Positions 33,355-35,979 of a stretch of DNA of 35,979 bases are shown piece after piece. Source of the stretch: a virus; the IMG/VR virus record IMGVR_UViG_3300023284_000837, positions 1 through 35,979 of that record; one strand, written 5' to 3'. The notes below the pieces were generated by a model that searched no databases, was not told the DNA's origin, and worked only from the letters and a program-made list of their open reading frames with translations. The translations under genes and the position numbers were made by a program. Position 1 is the first letter of the stretch, and each line of letters begins with the position of its first letter.

Positions 33355-33927
33355 TTAATGTTTTGGTTTTCCATGACTCGATTTTTCACTGATAAATTGA
33401 ATTATGCGCTTCGTATTTCGTGAAACGTTCAAATTGTCTTGCAGGGCCTTATCTTCCAAATGGGCCGTTTGGCTCTCTTGGGCGGCGGTTTCACATCTTT
33501 CGTTGAAATACTCCCTGAAAAATGAAACTATCTTGGATATGCTCAAGGACTCATAAAACTCGCCGTATTCACCATTGATAATCCGGCGGCTCAAGAAAGT
33601 AAGATCGGTAATCTTAAGACAATAGAACTCCTCGCAAATCTCAAAGGCGGCTAATTCGATTTGCTCCTCGGTCAAGGGACGTTTTAAACTTAGCATCCTA
33701 TTCAAGGACACTAACCACGCCGTCAACCACCCCTCGGCAAACTCTCTGCCATGCTCTCGCTGTATCCGTGCCAGTGTGCCGGAATCCGCATTCAGGGCCA
33801 TAGAGGTCGTCTTAATGGCTCTGTGCGCTTTTATACTCTTGGCCAGGGTGTAATTTAGCAAATAATCGTCGCTTGAAATCGTCGCTATACTGTGGCTCCC
33901 TTTGTCCGTGGGTTGTAGTTCTTCCAT
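33355..33927 (-). CDS. Hypothetical replication-module protein
   Basis: 190-aa ORF downstream of the initiator gene. It overlaps that gene by 116 nt unless it starts at Met43 (33801). Confidence 0.45.
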   Translation of the reverse strand: MEELQPTDKGSHSIATISSDDYLLNYTLAKSIKAHRAIKTTSMALNADSGTLARIQREHGREFAEGWLTAWLVSLNRMLSLKRPLTEEQIELAAFEICEEFYCLKITDLTFLSRRIINGEYGEFYESLSISKIVSFFREYFNERCETAAQESQTAHLEDKALQDNLNVSRNTKRIIQFISEKSSHGKPKH

Positions 33928-34732
33928 TTGAATTTGCTTTGATCAATAATTGTGATACCTGTTTTCTTAATTTGGTCGTTGATAATATATTCCCCTTCCA
34001 AAATTCGTCTTTTTGTAGAAACTTGTACAGATCGCCCATTTGCCGGTGAGAAAGGAGATCCACGTCGTACATTAGCCGGATCGGGTCTATGAACGGTTTA
34101 AACCTGACCTTTTCCAATTGCGCCGTGATACTGCCCCGCTCGATGAGGTTTTTTTCGAATACCCCGTAAAATGCCGCGGCGGTATCATACCATTTTTTTT
34201 CATCCTTCGAAAATAATCCCACCTCAACGGCCCGGACATCTTTAAAATACTTTTTTTCCTGAGATTTGAAAACTGAGACATCTTCTTCTTTTGGTTGAGA
34301 ATCCGTAGGATTATCAATTTTATCTTTATTGCTGTCTAAATCAGTATTACTAATATTCTCTTTATTACTAATAGGTGGCACATTTTGCTGTTTGCGGTTT
34401 TTGCAGGGTGCAGAATCCGCATTCAGTACAATGTGCTCAATGCCCTTTTTGCCACTAGGCGATAAACAAAGGGTGTACAATCCTTTTCCTTCGTTGGTTT
34501 TGGTATATTTTAGCCATCCTTTTTCTTTTAACTGCTTTGTGGCCGACCCGACCGAACGGGCTCCCTCTCCCAATTGCGCGGCCATTGATTTTAAAGTAAA
34601 GTTCCATCCCTCGGGCTTGGATGCCATGAATACGTATATCATACGCGCCCGGAGGCTGATTTCATGGTCGTTGATCAATTCATTGGGTACCTGGGTAAAA
34701 GGAATATGCTCCTTTGATAGAAAGTTTTTCAT
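33812..34732 (-). CDS. Replication initiator / replisome organiser-like protein with an N-terminal winged HTH
   Basis: The track start at 34837 is TTG. The first ATG at 34732 gives MKNFLSKEHIPFTQVPNELINDHEISLRARMIYVFMASKPEGWNFTLKSMAAQLGEGARSVGSATKQLKEKGWLKY, a typical wHTH initiator N-domain. Confidence 0.55.
   Translation of the reverse strand: MKNFLSKEHIPFTQVPNELINDHEISLRARMIYVFMASKPEGWNFTLKSMAAQLGEGARSVGSATKQLKEKGWLKYTKTNEGKGLYTLCLSPSGKKGIEHIVLNADSAPCKNRKQQNVPPISNKENISNTDLDSNKDKIDNPTDSQPKEEDVSVFKSQEKKYFKDVRAVEVGLFSKDEKKWYDTAAAFYGVFEKNLIERGSITAQLEKVRFKPFIDPIRLMYDVDLLSHRQMGDLYKFLQKDEFWKGNILSTTKLRKQVSQLLIKANSNGRTTTHGQREPQYSDDFKRRLFAKLHPGQEYKSAQSH
34345..34373. repeat. Two copies of TATTACTAATA 18 bp apart in the AT-rich linker of the initiator gene
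   Basis: tattactaata at 34345..34355 and at 34363..34373, read directly from the sequence. Confidence 0.6.
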
Positions 34733-34745
34733 TGATAGAAAGTTT
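34714..34745. repeat. Two copies of TTGATAGAAAGTTT 18 bp apart, flanking the initiator start codon
   Basis: ttgatagaaagttt at 34714..34727 and at 34732..34745. The ATG (34730..34732) lies between and within them. Confidence 0.6.
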
Positions 34746-34846
34746 GAATAAAAAAAAGCACCGCCGCCGGGGTCGTGGTCCCTTTGGCAATGCTTTGTTG
34801 ATAAATTCCGTTTAATGGCCACGACTCCATGGTTCAAATATACTGA

Positions 34847-34948
34847 TTATGTGAATACTCCGATCAGTGCAATGATAAAAATTATCAGCAATGCTATTTT
34901 AACCTGTTTTCTGAATTTGTAAAAGTCCTCGATTTTGTATTCTTTCAT
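34847..34948 (-). CDS. Single-TMD microprotein (33 aa), absent from the ORF track
   Basis: MKEYKIEDFYKFRKQVKIALLIIFIIALIGVFT. ATGA overlap with the stop of 34945..35265. Confidence 0.4.
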   Translation of the reverse strand: MKEYKIEDFYKFRKQVKIALLIIFIIALIGVFT

Positions 34949-35265
34949 GATTTATTATATATTAAATTAGCTTTCTTTATCGCTTGCGTTCTGGCTTCAT
35001 GGCGGGTTTTGTGAAGGTTAAACACCTCATATTTCCCCCCGCTGCTTGCAATACATACCCCATAACTCCACCCATTATAATAATTTGGCTCTATCTCTAT
35101 GTTTATACCAACACTATCGAGCCAATCCACATATACGCCCCATTGCATTGAAGGATGAAAGGCATAAAATCCATTAGGCACAGTTAAGGGCATTGTATAG
35201 TTTGTCTGTTCTGCGTATTGGATATACCACTTTTCAAATTCAATTTTTGCTTTTCCTGTCAGCAT
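34945..35265 (-). CDS. Hypothetical protein
   Basis: 106-aa ORF. Confidence 0.5.
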   Translation of the reverse strand: MLTGKAKIEFEKWYIQYAEQTNYTMPLTVPNGFYAFHPSMQWGVYVDWLDSVGINIEIEPNYYNGWSYGVCIASSGGKYEVFNLHKTRHEARTQAIKKANLIYNKS

Positions 35266-35277
35266 AATATATATTTG

Positions 35278-35466
35278 TTAATTAGTAATGTCCATGTTTG
35301 CGCAATGTTCACAGAAATGAACAATTATAGCCTGGTCTATTTCGTCAATACTGGTTCTGGGTATTTCCTCTTTTCCACTTTCATACGGCTCTGCATCTGG
35401 CTCCAAATAAATTGTGCCGGACATTAACATTGTTTGCATTCCGCAATTTCCGCAATAATGTGCCAT
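35278..35466 (-). CDS. Zinc-ribbon protein
   Basis: 62 aa. CGNCG ... CEHC gives two CxxC pairs. Confidence 0.5.
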   Translation of the reverse strand: MAHYCGNCGMQTMLMSGTIYLEPDAEPYESGKEEIPRTSIDEIDQAIIVHFCEHCANMDITN

Positions 35467-35471
35467 AATAT

Positions 35472-35705
35472 CTACAAGTTCCGAGTTAAACGTTCCGCCT
35501 GTTCGTCCGATAATTGCCGTATGGTAATTTTACCGCTCATATCAATTCCAAAAGGATCTTGGTTCTTATATAGATTACCCTCATTGTCCATAAAACAATG
35601 TTTTGGAATAGGGTACATTTGACCTCCTGTTTCTTGGTTGATCATTTCCCAATGTGAATGATCGCCATTATCTGTAAATCTTTGTACTACTATTGGTTCT
35701 TCCAT
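35472..35705 (-). CDS. Hypothetical protein
   Basis: 77-aa ORF. Confidence 0.45.
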   Translation of the reverse strand: MEEPIVVQRFTDNGDHSHWEMINQETGGQMYPIPKHCFMDNEGNLYKNQDPFGIDMSGKITIRQLSDEQAERLTRNL

Positions 35706-35804
35706 TGTCTTTAAAAATTACTGTTTAAAAAAAAGGGGCTTCTTTCCTAACTTTTATATAGTGCCGAATTTTTGTTGTTAGTTTCCGCCCCCATTAATAA
35801 TTAC

Positions 35805-35969
35805 CTAGTTGTTCGAATCTCTGCCATCAATAGGCGGACATTCTGTTCCCGGGGGGCTACAAACTCCATCAACATCTAAGGTTCCGGTAACTTCTTTCTC
35901 TCCTTCACAAGATACTGCAATGGTTGATACTGCAAATACTGCCATTAAAAAATAAAGTACTCTTTTCAT
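35805..35969 (-). CDS. Tiny lipoprotein (54-aa precursor), absent from the ORF track
   Basis: MKRVLYFLMAVFAVSTIAVSCEGEKEVTGTLDVDGVCSPPGTECPPIDGRDSNN. Signal sequence plus AVSC lipobox. The acidic residues right after the Cys resemble the Bacteroidota surface-export signal. The gene spans the contig junction. Confidence 0.55.
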   Translation of the reverse strand: MKRVLYFLMAVFAVSTIAVSCEGEKEVTGTLDVDGVCSPPGTECPPIDGRDSNN

Positions 35970-35979
35970 AATTAAATAA
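35836..35979. repeat. Terminal direct repeat, copy 2 (identical to 1..144)
   Basis: Same 144-nt string as the window start. Confidence 0.9.

Noticed and set aside
35706-35804. Possible terminator: GGGGC ... GCCCC followed by T8 on the minus strand, downstream of the tiny lipoprotein gene.
   Set aside because: Only 5 bp close a loop of more than 40 nt, with a short internal CTAAC/GTTAG pairing. This is not a convincing intrinsic terminator, although the T8 tract is real.
1-35979. Integrated prophage or mobile element borders, tRNA genes, a CRISPR array, or stop-codon reassignment.
   Set aside because: I found no integrase, transposase, att-like flanks or host genes. No spacer is long enough or structured like a tRNA, and there are no regularly spaced repeats. 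All genes tile cleanly with the standard code without in-frame TAG or TGA interruptions.

Overview
The window looks like one complete, circularly closed genome of a tailed dsDNA phage. The first 144 nt are repeated exactly at the end, which gives a unique unit of 35,835 bp. Every credible gene lies on the minus strand, and genes are tightly packed, often with ATGA stop/start overlaps. Reading the minus strand from high to low coordinates, there are four blocks. (1) About 35.7-27.3 kb is an early region of small, mostly unrecognisable proteins. Many are Cys4 zinc-ribbon-like. It also holds a wHTH replication initiator, a short C5-methyltransferase-like protein, an ASCH protein and a small HTH regulator. 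(2) About 27.2-21.6 kb holds an HNH endonuclease, a baseplate spike and associated proteins, a large fibre-like protein and a signal-peptide-bearing pectate-lyase-like enzyme. (3) About 21.6-3.5 kb is the packaging, head and tail block. It holds TerS, TerL, a Mu-like DUF935 portal, a MuF/SPP1 gp7-like protein, a ClpP-type protease/scaffold, the major capsid protein, putative sheath and tube, a tail chaperone with a candidate -1 frameshift, and the tape measure. (4) About 3.6-0.2 kb holds a lysis cassette (holin, membrane proteins, M15 peptidase endolysin), a lipoprotein with a C-terminal membrane anchor, an ERF-type recombinase and a tiny lipoprotein. I found no integrase, DNA polymerase, tRNA, CRISPR array or reverse transcriptase. 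A Bacteroidota (Flavobacteriia-like) host is inferred from three things: TAnnTTTG -7 promoter boxes, the absence of Shine-Dalgarno motifs, and Bacteroidota-style lipoprotein and signal sequences. All functional calls rest on motif recognition by eye; no database search was run. The points most worth a second look are the secreted PL1-like lyase and the signal-peptide fibre inside the virion operon, a recurring AAAGTCC-N8-GGACTTT palindrome over early promoters, the chaperone frameshift, a u-spanin-like lipoprotein, the MTase-like/ASCH pair, and the scattered tail/baseplate modules.
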